Numbered from the stretch's first letter, positions 1 through 13,577 are shown. The stretch: DNA of 64,000 nucleotides from Tubiluchus corallicola (GCA_030141605.1 JAQGDQ010000792.1:1-64000); one strand, 5' to 3'. Program-made: numbers and translations. The notes: generated from the letters alone by a model not told the origin.

Positions 1-155
1 ATAATGTTAAGTACTTTTAAATGTACGAAATAAATTTAATAAATTAAATTTAAATCAATTTTAAAAAAATTTTAACTTGCAGACGAAAACCGCTTGTTTA
101 TTTCTGTATATACAGCGGTAAACATTCGTGCAACAAAAAATGGTTAACTCTTTAC

Positions 156-3100
156 CCCAACAACAAAGGCTCTGGTGATGACGAAGAATTTTGCTCCAGT
201 TAGACCGGGACTCAATCCGTTTAGCTTTACTAGAAACACGTTTACCTAAAAGCACAAGAAATTAGAGTGCCACTTGACTGGTCACGTGATTTCAGTTTTA
301 GTTTATTTCAGTTTAGTTTTATTCACGCATAGCTCATAAAATGCTGCAAACAAAGGAAAATGTGTCCTGGAATGTTTACACGTTCGAGGACAAAGCTAGG
401 TTCACATGTAGTTTAATTACCAATTTTTCGAATAATTTTGGCAAAATTTCACGGCACCTTAACGATATCCAGATGCAAATATCTTGTTAAATGGCTTTCG
501 TGCTAACTACATTTCTAAAGCTGCGTTCACATTGTTATGCAGAAAGGAGATTTTTGCTTTGCATGATTATTTTGGCACTAGTTAGGAGCTATGCGTCCTC
601 CGTACGAGGAAATTTCTCGCTTGAAATTTAGCACAGTTATTCTGTCACTAACTAGGAGCTACGCATCCTCTGTACGAGGAAATTTCTCGCTTGAAACTTT
701 ATACAGTTATTCTGCCACTAGCTAGGAGCTGTGCGTCCTCCGTACGAGGACATTTCCCGCTTGAAACTTTATACAGTTATTCTGCCACTAGATAGGAGCT
801 ATGCGTCCTCCGTACGAGGAAATTTCTCGCTTGAAACTTTGTACAGTTATTCTGCCACTAGCTAGGAGCTATGCGTCCTCCGTACGAGGAAATTTGTCGC
901 TTGAAACTTTGTACAGTTATTCTGCTACTAGCTAGGAGCTATGCGTCCTCTGTACGAGGAAATTTCCCACTTGAAACTTTGTACAGTTATTCTGCCACTA
1001 GCTAGGAACTATGCGTCCTCCGTACGAGGACATTTCCCCCTTGATAGAAAATACTGCATGGTTCATTTTCACTAGGATTCATGGGCAATTCACATTAAAA
1101 AACTGCCCAGTCTAATAGAACAGAAGATAATTAAGAAGTATCTCTTCTTGGTTGCTTACAGTTCGATATTTCAGTAAAAATATAATTTTTCAATTTCTTT
1201 TAATTTGCAAATGATGTGCTGTTTTATTAAGGCAACAATAATTGCTACATTCGTGAAAATAAATTAATAACGCATTCATATAATTATTATATATTTATGT
1301 TCACAATCTGTGAAATGGTTAGCCGCTATTGTAAAAATGAACAGGTCATTTTTTTCAAAATTATATTAATTACAATCTGTAAAAGCATTGAACATCGGAG
1401 CTAGCTAGACGCGCGTAAAAAACCGCGCGGTTTCTGTGCGAAATGAGCTTTATTGCTGCGTGGGTTGTGTCACGACAGAATTTTCCGACAACAATTCGGC
1501 GCGTGCGTCCTCCGTGTGAAATGGGCAGTAAGACGCATTTTACAACTATGTGCTTTTAGTACTTTGTACTTTTAGTGCCACGTACTATTTACTACTATGA
1601 ATTATGACTTACCACACAAAGTGTCCGTTGGTCCAACTTTGAAAGATCTACTCTGTTAATTTCACTGATTATATCGTGCACCTGCAAAGCGTAATCAAGT
1701 TAATGTGAAAAATTGAGTATAACCAGATGTAATGTAACCTAACCTTTTACTGACACTGCTTACACAAATAAAGTTACATAACTGGTTTAACCTATCCTAT
1801 TCTGACCTCACTTCATCTGACTTGACTTGACCTTATCTGATCTGACCTTGCCTGACCTGACCTGACCTGACCTGACCTGACCTGACCTGACCTGACCTGA
1901 TCAAACTAAATTAATCTGACTTATTTTTACTGAAAGCAACTTACGTAAATAATGTTTTGCAATCTATCCTACACTTTAATCCTACCCTGGCCTCCTATAA
2001 CCTTCCATGCAGACTAAACTGACCTAATAAAAAAAATAAACTAACACAACAAGTCCTAATTAAAATTACGTAACTTAATCGAAATTAATCCGTCCAAACT
2101 AAACCTTGCTCTTCCGGTAACCGAAAATAATGCGTCATAGACAGACATAGACATAGACATAGACATAGACATAGACATAGACATAGACATAGACATAGGC
2201 ATAGGCATAGACATAGACATAGACATAGACATAGACATAGACATAGACATAGACATAGGCATAGGCATAGACATAGACATAGACATAGACATAGACATAG
2301 ACATAGACATAGACATAGACATAGACATAGACATAGACATAGACATAGACATAGACACAGACACAGACACAGACACAGACACAGACACAGACACAGACAC
2401 AGACACAGACACAGACACAGACACAGACACAGACACAGACACAGACACAGACACAGACACAGACACAGACACAGACACAGACACAAACACAGACACAGAC
2501 ATAGAACATTTATTTTCTCCAATTAGTTTAACATCAACATTTTTTTAAACATTAAGTAATTATAATCATGGAGCAGGGCAGAGAATGACCATAGCGTCAT
2601 CTAGTCTCCTGCCCTTTCTTATAAATAGATTAATATATTAAGTAATTAATAGTGATGCTGCAGATAACAAGAACAAAAACCAAATAAGAAAAAATAATAA
2701 TAAAAAAGTATAAATGATACAAATTATCCAAAAAGAACTGAAAACAAAAAATAATAAAGCTAGATACCTAAATCTAAACAAAACAATACAATTATTCAGT
2801 AATTAGGATTATCATATGTAGTAGTTTCAAATGAGGTCTTATTAACAGGGGAATTTGACCAAGGTTAGTGAGTAAAGTTTAAAACTGAGAGTATTGAAAG
2901 AAAAAAATAAGTATCAAAAAAGTGTAATATAGAAAAATTTATGTGAAAAAGTAAGTTTGAGAAAGAGCAACAATTACTTAGGAGATGAGGAGAAAAAAAG
3001 AAAAAATCGTGGGTTTATCATTACTATCATCAGCCTCTTGGGGGGGGGGTCTACGTACCGTTTCGTGAAGTTTCACGCCACACCAGCTGACAATTATGAT

Positions 3101-3662
3101 ACCTGACCACCAGAGAACGCTGCAGTAGACGTAAAACATGATAAATCCCCAATTATCTGTAGTATGAATGTCTGAAAGTTCAAGAAATAAGATCTTAGTA
3201 AGACTATTAGTCAGTCAGTTTGGGAAACCGTTTTCAGGAATAATCAAGCACAAGAAAATCCTCCACTTACATAAAGCTTAAAAAATTCATCTTGAAATTT
3301 TATAGCACATATATTCTACCTTTCTGCTTACAGGACTTGCGTCGGCCGTAACGCTGTATAAAACGTGTAAATAAACAATCTGTTGGTGATGAAATTTTAC
3401 AACTCTCGTCGTGTTTTCCATATGCTGTTTTGTTTTTATTTATGATTATGTGAATTTACATTAGAATTGGTAATTATGTTTATTATGATTGTACTCGCTG
3501 TTTTACATTGTGTATAATGTGTGTAAATTTTTGTTACTAAGCATTAAAATATGTTCTCGTTTATTATGTATGTATGTAGTGTTGGATTATAATTTGTAAC
3601 TACGTCTATTGTATATGATCGTTGTCGTTCAATGTGTCTCATGTCTCATGTCTCTAGATTCT

Positions 3663-3716
<54 letters not shown>

Positions 3717-6700
3717 AATAGGTTTAATACGTTGTGAATGCTTTAAGAAATTTTAAACATATCCCTACAAATAGAGGCAATGTATTCTATAAATATTCAG
3801 AATTGTATCTAATATCGCACTAAAATTATATATTTCCTGTCCTGACGCGTCTTGCTTGTCACTGTAATACGTGTAGATGCATTATATCTTTCTTACCTTG
3901 TGAATCTACTGTATAATGCGTGTAGATGTATTATATCTTTCTTACCTTGTGAATCTACTGTATAATGCGTGTAGATGCATTATATCTTTCTTACCTTGTG
4001 AATCTACCGTATAATACGCGTAGATGCATTATATCTTTCTTACCTTGTGAATCCACTGTATAATACGTGTAGATGCATTATATCTTTCTTACCTTGTGAA
4101 TCTACTGTATAATACGTGTAGATGCATTATATCTTTCTTACCTTGTGAATCTACTGTATAATACGTGTAGATGCATTATATCTTTCTTACCTTGTGAATC
4201 TACCGTATAATACGTGTAGATGCATTATATCTTTCTTACATTGTGAATCTACTGTATAATACGTGTAGATGCATTGTATCTTTCTTACCTTGTGAATCTA
4301 CTGTATAATACGTGTAGATGCATTATATCTTTCTTACCTTGTGAATCTACTGTATAATACGTGTAGATGCATTATATCTTTCTTACCTTGGGAATCTACC
4401 GTATAATACGTGTAGATGCATTGTATCTTTCTTACATTGTGAATCTACTGTATAATACGTGTAGATGCATTATATCTTTCTTACCTTGTGAATCTACTGT
4501 ATAATACGTGTAGATGCATTATATCTTTCTTACCTTGTGAATCTACTGTATAATACGTGTAGATGCATTATATCTTTCTTACCTTGTGAATCTACTGTAT
4601 AATACGTGTAGATGCATTATATCTTTCTTACCTTGTGAATCTACTGTATAATAAGTGTAGATGCATATCACGATCACATCCAAGCAATAAGTAGCTAAAA
4701 TCAGTCCAGAGAACATTTGGTCAACCACAAAACACAACTCAGTCAACGAACTGTGTCTCTTTAACAGATTTATCACATTGAATTTCTTGGCCTCGTCAGA
4801 ATACAGGCACTCCACTGCCAAATCTGAGTTCACCTTTTCAAATTCCGTGGCAAGAGCCAGGGCCACGACCAGAACGAACACTTTGGACAGAGTGTAGATG
4901 CCAACGCTGAAACATTCTAGCACAACCACTGCACTTTCTATCAGAATTTGTAGCACTAGATGTAATTTTGATTTGTTGATGGGGTAGAACAGCGGCGAGT
5001 CCGGTAGAGGCGCCGTCAGTCTTGCCACCGGGGGCAGATATGACACGATCATCAACACCTGGACAAAGACAACGGTGAGGACCCCCACGCGGACCATGCG
5101 CCGAGAACAGGTGTACGTAGCCCTGGTGCCCGGATGGTTAGTCCTTCTGCTCCATTCCTCTAGGAGTCTCCCCAGTTTAAAGCCACTGACCATTGTTGCT
5201 GACCACACCACAGCATACTCGATGTACTGGGTCAGTTCTGTGAGATTGAACACGATATCATCCCAGCGGTCAGCTGTCGGTAGAACTAAGATTGAATAAA
5301 TTGTTCTCACTATCACCTGCAAGAACAGGTAAGAACTAAGATTGAATAAATTGTTCTCACTATCACCTGCAAGTACAGGTAAGAACTAAGATTGAATAAA
5401 TTGTTCTCACTATCACCTGCAAGTACAGGTAAGAACTAAGATTGAATAAATTGTTCTCACTATCACCTGCAAGTACAGGTAAGAACTAAGATTGACTAAA
5501 TTGTTCTCACTATCGCCTGCAAGTACAGGTAAGAACTAAGATTGAATAAATTGTTCTCACTATCACCTGCAAGTATAGGTAAGAACTAAGATTGAATAAA
5601 TTGTTCTCACTATCGCCTGGAAGTACAGGTAAGAACTAAGATTGAATAAATTGTTCTCACTATCACCTGCAAGTACAGGTAAGAACTAAGATTGAATAAA
5701 TTGTTCTCACTATCACCTGCAAGTATAGGTAAGAACTAAGATTGACATAGACATAGACATAAACACGTAGACGTGACGTGCAGAAACACTGCAATCGTAG
5801 ATAGGTTTACACACATGTCAGAAGCACTGCAATCGTAGATAGGTTTACACACATGTCAGAAGCACTGCAATCGTAGATAGGTTTACACACATGCCAGGAG
5901 CACTGCAACCGTAGATAGGTTTACACACATACCAGGAGCACTGCAGTCGTAGATAGGTTTACACACATGCCAGGAGCACTGCAATCGTAGATAGGTTTAC
6001 ACACATGCCAGGAGCACTGCAATCGTAGATAGGTTTACACACATGCCAGGAGCACTGCAATCGTAGATAGGTTTACACACATGCCAGGAGCACTGCAGTC
6101 GTAGATAGGTTTACACACATGCCAGAAGCACTGCAATCGTAGATAGGTTTACACACATACCAGGAGCACTGCAGTCGTAGATAGGTTTACACACATGCCA
6201 GAAGCACTGCAATCGTAGATAGGTTTACACACATGCCAGAAGCACTGCAATCGTAGATAGGTTTACACACATGCCAGAAGCACTGCAATCGTAGATAGGT
6301 TTACACACATGCCAGAAGTACTACAATCGTAGATAGGTTTACACACATGCCAAAAGCACTGCAATCGTAGATAGGTTTACACACATGCCAGAAACACAGC
6401 AATCGTAGATAGGTTTACACACATGCCAGAAACACAGCAATCGTAGATAGGTTTACACACATGCCAGCCAGAAGCACTGCAATCGTAGATAGGTTTACAC
6501 ACATGCCAGAAGTACTACAATCGTAGATAGGTTTAAACACATGCCGTAGTAGCTTCGGTTACTAAGCACACACCGTAGCAATTCAGCTGTTCACTCACAC
6601 TCCAAAAACGGATTAAGATGATTAAATGTTTATTTTCCTATCCTGATTCCGCTTCCGGTGCGCCTAAAATTCAGAGAAACTTCGGGGAATTTTAGGGATT

Positions 6701-7029
6701 TAGGGAATCTGTTTACTCACCCGACCCCAAAGTATGAATCCCACGAAGGCTGACCACAAAACGAGTCCAAAGTGACATCGTTTGTCCATCCAGGCTTTTC
6801 TACTTCTGTTGTCAATGTTCCAGGGAAAGACACCCATAAACTGCATGTATTTCATCACAGGTTTTAGTAACGTCTTCAACTGTTCACGATTGTCCTGTCT
6901 GTTTTTGGGCAAATTAGAGAGGCCATCGCTGCGAGCTTTCTCCTCCGTCGAAGGTTGTTCCGAGCTGCCCTTTCTGAGCGCCGCTTCGACGTTGTTCACT
7001 GTCATGTGCTGAGTGTGTGAATGTGGCAT
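156..7029 (-). CDS. Gustatory receptor-like (GRL / 7tm_7 chemoreceptor) gene; 5 coding exons in the window, final TM7 exon lies beyond position 1
   Basis: Exons (minus): 7029-6721, 5316-4632, 3171-3059, 1681-1613, 245-156. All introns are GT-AG with compatible phases 0,1,0,0,(0), giving 422 codons. Multiple hydrophobic helices, plus Gr-type motifs LKPVMKYMQFMGVFP, LLKRHSSLTELCFVVDQMFSGLILATY, IIIVSWCGVKLHET and VNVFLVKLNGLSPGLTGAKFFVITRAFVVG (90-nt penultimate exon). An acceptor-like tract (ttttcttttctattcaatag) at ~7071 lies upstream of the ATG. Confidence 0.88.
566..1043. repeat. 70-bp minisatellite, ~7 copies, with an internal near-palindrome TCCTC(C)GTACGAGGA
   Basis: gttattctgccactagctaggagctatgcgtcctccgtacgaggaaatttctcgcttgaaactttgtaca recurs with period 70 in GRL intron 4. 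Confidence 0.9.
2137..2503. repeat. Hexamer microsatellite (GACATA)n switching to (GACACA)n
   Basis: Direct inspection; a (CCTGA)n run also lies at ~1852-1900. Confidence 0.95.
3861..4666 (-). repeat. 49-bp tandem array made of the last 35 nt of GRL exon 2 plus the first 14 nt of the intron (16 donor copies)
   Basis: Minus-strand unit atgcatctacacgtattatacagtagattcacaag|gtaagaaagatata. The GT recurs at 4631, 4582 ... 3896 (15 x 49). Confidence 0.95.
5282..5745 (-). repeat. 50-bp tandem array made of the splice acceptor plus the first 36 nt of GRL exon 2 (9 acceptor copies)
   Basis: Minus-strand unit acctgtacttgcag|gtgatagtgagaacaatttattcaatcttagttctt. The AG ends at 5317, 5367 ... 5717. Confidence 0.95.
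5785..6545. repeat. 38-bp minisatellite, ~20 copies
   Basis: gcactgcaatcgtagataggtttacacacatgccagaa, period 38, in GRL intron 1. Confidence 0.93.
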
Positions 7030-8039
7030 GGCTGTGACGAACGACAAGAACTTTCGTCTAAATTATCACGCTATTGAATAGAAAAGAAAACGCAATTACT
7101 ACTACAAAAGCGTTTTTGATAATTAAATAATAGACATAAAATCTTAATTAACGACGGGCGAGCATAACTATTGATAACGTCACAAACGAACATAATTTTT
7201 AACAGCAAAAATATTTCACGAGCGTGTAATTATAGATATAAAATCTTAATTAACCACGGGCGAGCATAACTATTGATGACGTCACAAACGAACATCATTT
7301 TTAACAGCAAAAATATTCCACGAGCGTGTTGCACGTGTTTGTGAAAGCCATAATCGAAGTACAGTGCTACTGTAAGATATTCAGTGTGTTGTACTAGAAC
7401 TAGGCAAGTTTTAAGATAAAAATTCACATTTCAAATTTACCGCTGTCCTCACGCATGAGCTGTCGAACGCGTGCAGTTCGTCACAAACTAACACATTCGA
7501 ACTGAGAGGTACAGCACATGTTTGTCGTGCAATGAAGACGCTAGTTCCTGTCTAACTACCGAATAGCGAAATGCGTGTAATAGCGAAAAATGATTAAACG
7601 TTGCATTATGAATTGATTAGTATTCACAAATGATCTCACTAAACGAAATCTGTTTTAAAAATGTTCTGCACTTAAAATTGACGCTTTATCACAAATATCC
7701 CGGCTATCCATTAGAAGTCAACATAGAAAATCAATCGTTTTGCAATTATCGATCACCGTAGGAGCACTCGAAGCGCTAATAAATTTTTCCCGAACTAATC
7801 CGCTGTTTCCTGTTGACGTTTCCTGTTCTGGATGATGTAGCAGGATTCTTCCCACGTTCTTCCCCGCACGTCTGCGCCAGTGCGCGAAGCCAGTTGAGTA
7901 GATCATATCAAGACGCAGGCACTGCTTCAACGGCAGAAATCATCACCGGATTATTTCTACACGTTTCGTTTTTAAAGTTAATTGCTCCATGCAAGTCAGC
8001 TGGCACTCGAGGTTCCTTTTTTGTTTGAAAATTTGAATG

Positions 8040-8630
8040 ACGCACGCACACACACACACATACACGCACATGCTCACACACATACGCACGCACACGCACA
8101 CGCGCACGCACACACACACACGTAGGCTGAGTAACTGCTTGTTGTGTAATTCCTTGCACCTGTTCGTTATTCGACGCTTATATGAAAGTTGTACTACGTA
8201 ACTGCCTGTGGTGTGTTATAAAACGTGCCTGTCACATGAATATGAAAGTCAACACATTTCCCGACAAGAATAAGATTTTTTTCTAAAATGTGATGCCCCT
8301 CAAACGTTGGCGCCCTATGCAATAGCCTATTGGTTAATACGTCCCCTGCTGAGGGACCCAGTCCCCTCCTCACTATGTTCAAACTTTCCCAGCGGGGACC
8401 CAATCACATTGACTGCCCAACATTAGATGTTAAACTGATAACTACAGACGTTTCACATACAAAGTGCACGCACACACACACACACGCACACACACACGCT
8501 CACACACACACACACACATACGTAGGCTGCGCAACTGCTTGTTGTGTAATTCCTTGCACCTGTTCGTTATTCGACACTTATATGAAAGCTGCACTACGTA
8601 ACTGCCTGTGGTGTGTTATAAAACGCGCCA
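8040..8630. repeat. Two copies of a ~110-bp dispersed repeat, each preceded by (CA)n; a diverged inverted copy lies at ~39275-39360
   Basis: cgtaggctg...aactgcttgttgtgtaattccttgcacctgttcgttattcgac...gtgttataaaacg occurs at ~8120 and ~8520. Confidence 0.75.
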
Positions 8631-8639
8631 TAATACTTT

Positions 8640-9062
8640 TTCTTCTTCTTCAATGACTCACACGTCCAGTGACATGATTCTGCTCGCCTCTCTATGCCAG
8701 GACTCCCTGCTCGCCGCAATGCCCCAAGTGGATTTATTTCTAAGGATCAATGTTGAAGTGTTTAAATCTTTCTGCGCAAAATCTAAATATGTTAACATTT
8801 GTCCTCCTGCAGGTTTTTTAGCTGGTTCTATGGCTTGTTGAAGTGCTATCTTCACTGGAATATAATCAGGTAGTCTAAGCATATGCCCAATCCATCTTAA
8901 ACGGCGTCTTTTTATTTTTCTTGTCCAAGGTTCTTCTTTTATTTTTTCATATAGATCTTTGTTTGAAATTTTCTTTGGCCATCTAACACCCAAAATGTTT
9001 CTGTAATTTCGCTTTTGAAACGCATCGATTTCAGCTTTATGATTTGCTTTTAATGCCCATAA
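8640..9062 (-). mobile_element. 5'-truncated non-LTR retrotransposon (RTE-clade) 3' end
   Basis: Translation IDAFQKRNYRNILGVRWPKKISNKDLY...IKRRRLRWIGHMLRLP...AASRESW is typical of the RTE post-RT region, followed by a short (GAA)n tail. Confidence 0.85.
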
Positions 9063-9889
9063 TACAAAGTAACATAATACATAATATATACATAATACAT
9101 ACATAACACATAACAAACTAACATAATATTATAAAGTAATATAAAAAACAAAGTAATATAATACATAATAAATACATAATACATAATACATACATAACAC
9201 ATAACAAACTAACGTAATACAAAGTAATACAATACATAATATATACATAATACATACACAACACATAACAAACTAACATAATATTATAAAGTAATATAAA
9301 GAACAAAGTAATATAATACATACCATACATAACACATAACAAACTAACATAATACATAATATATACATAATACATAATACATACATAACACATAACAAAC
9401 TAACATAATACAAAGTAATATGATACATAACAAACTAACATAATACATAACAAACATAACATAATACCAACTCAGACAGTGACAAAAATATTTAAACCAA
9501 GAATGATGTTACAAAAAAGTTGCTTTTGTACTTTGCGATATTTTTTCTAGACTCAGCATTTTCTAGAACGTCTAATAAAAGCTCAGATGGGAGACGCTCG
9601 GTCATATTTCAAGCATCATTCATGCGCACACCTGTGTCATTCACCTACCTATGATTAGGATAATCAACAGAGCACATCTGCTAATTACAACCAGCTTAGA
9701 TGGGCGCCCGTCCCATACGCTTTGGCTGGAGTCCTCGATGCGCCTGTTCGGTAACCTTATGCTTCAAACAACTAGGCTGCTTAGTAGACTGAGAAGAACT
9801 GTGGGTACTCGCTTACGAAGTAACTCTATAGCGATGTCTATTTTGCCGTGATGCCGGCGGTCTTTTTCTCGTTCTTCACTGAAGCTCTT

Positions 9890-10225
9890 CGTGCGTCAAA
9901 CAGCGAAAGTATCTTTTAGTCAGTTTTTCTCAAATCGTGTTGTACAGATTAGGAACTCATTACCTGCATATGTTGATGGTGCTTCCCTCGTAAATGCACA
10001 AAATATTAAGTTATTTAATAGCCACTTATATAAAGTTAACTTGCATAAATTCCTTGTATACAATAGACACATGTAAGCGGTTAATCTTTGTGTCTTTACC
10101 ACACTCTTGTAAATATTTTATTTGTATGTTTTTGCCTATATATATTTGTTTACATAGTTGTTTATTACAGACCGTATTTTACTATTGGGTGTAAATAAAA
10201 TCAATAAATAAATAAAATAAATAAA
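9890..10225 (+). mobile_element. Decayed CR1/L2-type LINE 3' end
   Basis: FFSNRVVQIRNSLP motif (cf. FFSxRVVxxWNxLP) and an (AAAT)n tail. Confidence 0.65.
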
Positions 10226-13200
10226 TCTTTAGCCGTCTTTATATTGTGAAATAACTTTCGAGCCACCCACTATTCTAACTTTTTAGGAACAAAACGGCTT
10301 CCACGGCAACAGTAAATGATGTCATAATTGACACATCTAAGCAGTTCTGTAAAAAAAACTTAATAATCAAGTATGCTTCTCATTCTGGACTATTTTCAGA
10401 ACTGCAGATACAGCTTCTTTATTCAAGTACATTGCAAAAATTATACACTAGTACAGAGTAAAATAAATTACATCCTACATAAAATCAGTGGATAACCAGT
10501 CAGTGACAGACTGATGAGCAATTGTGTCAGTTAGTGTAAGTACAGTTTGGCCTGTCAAGCTATGCTTTTAGGCTCAAACTGTATGCATCAAAATTATTCT
10601 GTAATATAATTTGCACATGTATATGCTGCATTTTGTAATTTCTGGATAATATTGCATTTATATTTATATTTACTTCAGTGAAATTATCTGTATTTTTATT
10701 ATAGTTGTTGGATGCAGAGCGAAAATAAATAAACTTGAAAAAAACTTTAAAAAGTTGAAAATCATAATAATAAAAACAGCAAAATACTGCATTACATATT
10801 TACAAATTTGTATACATGATGACATGATGGGGACTTATGAAATATTGTGAATTTTAATACTTTTTGATGGTTTTTGCTACTTTGTAAGTTAAAAATCATA
10901 AGAATAAAAAGATAAAATGCTATATTACATATTTACAAATTTGTATACATGATGACATGATGGGGACTTATGAAATATTGTGAATTTTAATACTTTTTGG
11001 TGGTTTTTTCTACTTTTTGCCCTGTAAGCTTCCGTACGAGTCGTATATTTTTATAGTATAGACACGTTGATTACGATGAATTTATAGCCTAAAGCGTTTT
11101 TATATAAAGGTCTTTTGCGAGTTAGGAGTTTGTTTTTTAGTTCTGTTTTAAATGTTGTTAATCCGTCTTTTGATTTTATACTTAAAGATGCTGAATTCCA
11201 TAAGTTGATTTGCTGTTTTTATTACTGAATTGTGTCCATAATATGAATGACACTGAATATCTTACAGTAGCACTGTTCTTCAATTTTCTCTTTCACAAAC
11301 ACCTGCAACACGCTCGTGGAATATTTTTGCTGTTGAAAATTATGTTGGTTTGTGATGTCATCAATAGTTGGGCTCACCCGCCGTTAACTAATATTTTGAT
11401 CAATTACTTAAATATCAGAAAAGTAACATCACTATTATCACTATTTACTATTATTACTATTTACTATTCACTATTTACACTATTATCTAAATGTATTAGT
11501 TAAAATATATACTTTTTATCGGACTTGAAATTTGGGTAGTATATGAAAAGTCTTCCTATAAACCATAAGAAAAATACTTCATAAATAAGGCTTAGAAAAT
11601 TCGCTTTGAAATTTTACATCACTTATATGCTGTCTTATTGCGCAAAGAGCTTGTGTTAGCAGTAACGCTGTATAAAACTTGTAAATTTAAACTCCTGCGA
11701 TGTCACCAGGCGCGCCATTTTAGCGGTAAGTCGTTTGAAACAAGTTTAGATAACATTGTGTAAAGTTTTAATTGTTCTGAAAAGATGAATTTAACTATGT
11801 TGCTAACTGTAAAATATTCCAATGCATACTTTATATTACGTACTAAACGCTTCCAGTAGTTTTTATCTGATATGAAATGCATCAGTCTTAAATAGTCGTA
11901 CATTAATATTTTCTAACCGTCATTTCCTACTAATGTCTAATGTAATCTTGTAGTAAAACTTGTCAGCTTGTGTAGTTATAGTCTATTCTTACTGTAAATG
12001 TTACTAATGTCTAATGTATTCTTGTAGTAAAACTTGTCAGCTTGTGTAGTTGTAGTCTATTCTTACTGTAAATGTTTTTGTAAATAGTGTATAAAGTCTG
12101 TTGTGGTGAGGATCCTAAATCATGTTGTTCAATGTCTGTCTGATCCAATCTTATAATAAATTATGTTTAAACTAAAATTTGAAAAAGGATCAGTTCGTTC
12201 GTATTAAACAATTCACTAACACTAAGCAAAAGTTTCAATTACTGTATATTGTCAGCCAGGTCAATAATTTATTTTTGGTGAGCCAGTGGTGCACACTGGG
12301 ATGGTGAAACAATGACGATTTACCGGTTGACTCGAACATTTTAAATTATTAAGAATTTTTTTAGCTATATATATATATATATATATATATATAAGCTTTT
12401 CAAACAGGTAATTCCAAATGATATAACTTTAAACAGCCCGTAATGATAGGTAACATATATCCCAAATTTCCTTGGGATACATTTTAAAATACCCCTTTCT
12501 TCCCTTTAAGTAAGATACAGCAGCAGAGGAGGGGTCAAGGGAGGGGTCAGACGGCGTAAACTCACTAAACTATGCCAATAAGTTGTGTTTCCAGTTAAGA
12601 CAGAAAAAAGCGCGTTACCAGTCTACGAGCATAGGATCAACGTGGAGGCTTGAATCCGGTTTTTCCTACAAACCTAGCAAAGCAGCTTATACCGTTATAC
12701 TGCCATATATTTGTGCCTTGCAGGTGTATCGTTTGAGTGAAGTCGTGCAAAAGTGGCCTATCTTTATCTTTCAATCCATTGTGACAGTTCTGATTTTAGA
12801 AAATGGCAAAAATAACGCGAGAAGGTGAAACAAAAAGGTGATTGGTTCTTCTTTCTTTTTAGATTTTGGGATTTTTTTTAACTTTTAATCTCAATTTCTT
12901 ACAGAACTCGGATCTTTCATAATTTTACAGCACGTTAACACAGGAATATGTTGGTAATATACGAGGATTAATGAGCTTATGAAAGACAATTAAATGAAAC
13001 TAATACGAAAATTATTAGTGAGACAGTTTCTTTAAGTTTTCAATAAATTTTCATTAAATTTTGCTTTTTTGCTAAATTACTTTTTGTAAAATCTACCTGC
13101 GCTCTTTTCTCCGTTAGAACAAAATTAATTGAAATTATTACGTTTTCTAATGCGTTCTTATTACACAAAAAGCGTCCAGGTCTAACTCTGCTTAACTGCA

Positions 13201-13577
13201 TCGCTGGATCGATTTACTCGGCTTCTCCGGCAGGGTAGATGCACGTCAGTTTTCAACCTGATACATTTTTCCTTGCATTATTGTGTAATCTGTTATCTTA
13301 CTGTTCAATAGCCTCCCTTGCTTCAAATGCTGTAACGTCATTTTACATAAACGGGCAGCTAACATCTTGTAGGACAAATGAGTACACGATTCCAGTCAAA
13401 GGTTGCAGGTTCAAATCCAGACTGACGATCACCATTGTTTCAAAAAAGACAAAATAGTGGGCGACAATATGGGAACTGTATTTCTCGGTTCTATTTTTAT
13501 GATTTTAAAATAAACCAGTGATAATTAAAGTAAATACAAACATTTTCATTACATGTTGTCAACGTTCAGACAATTTC

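Noticed and set aside
5785-6545. Regular 29-59-bp repeats resembling CRISPR arrays
   Set aside because: Head-to-tail units with no unique spacers, no cas genes, and a eukaryotic intron context.
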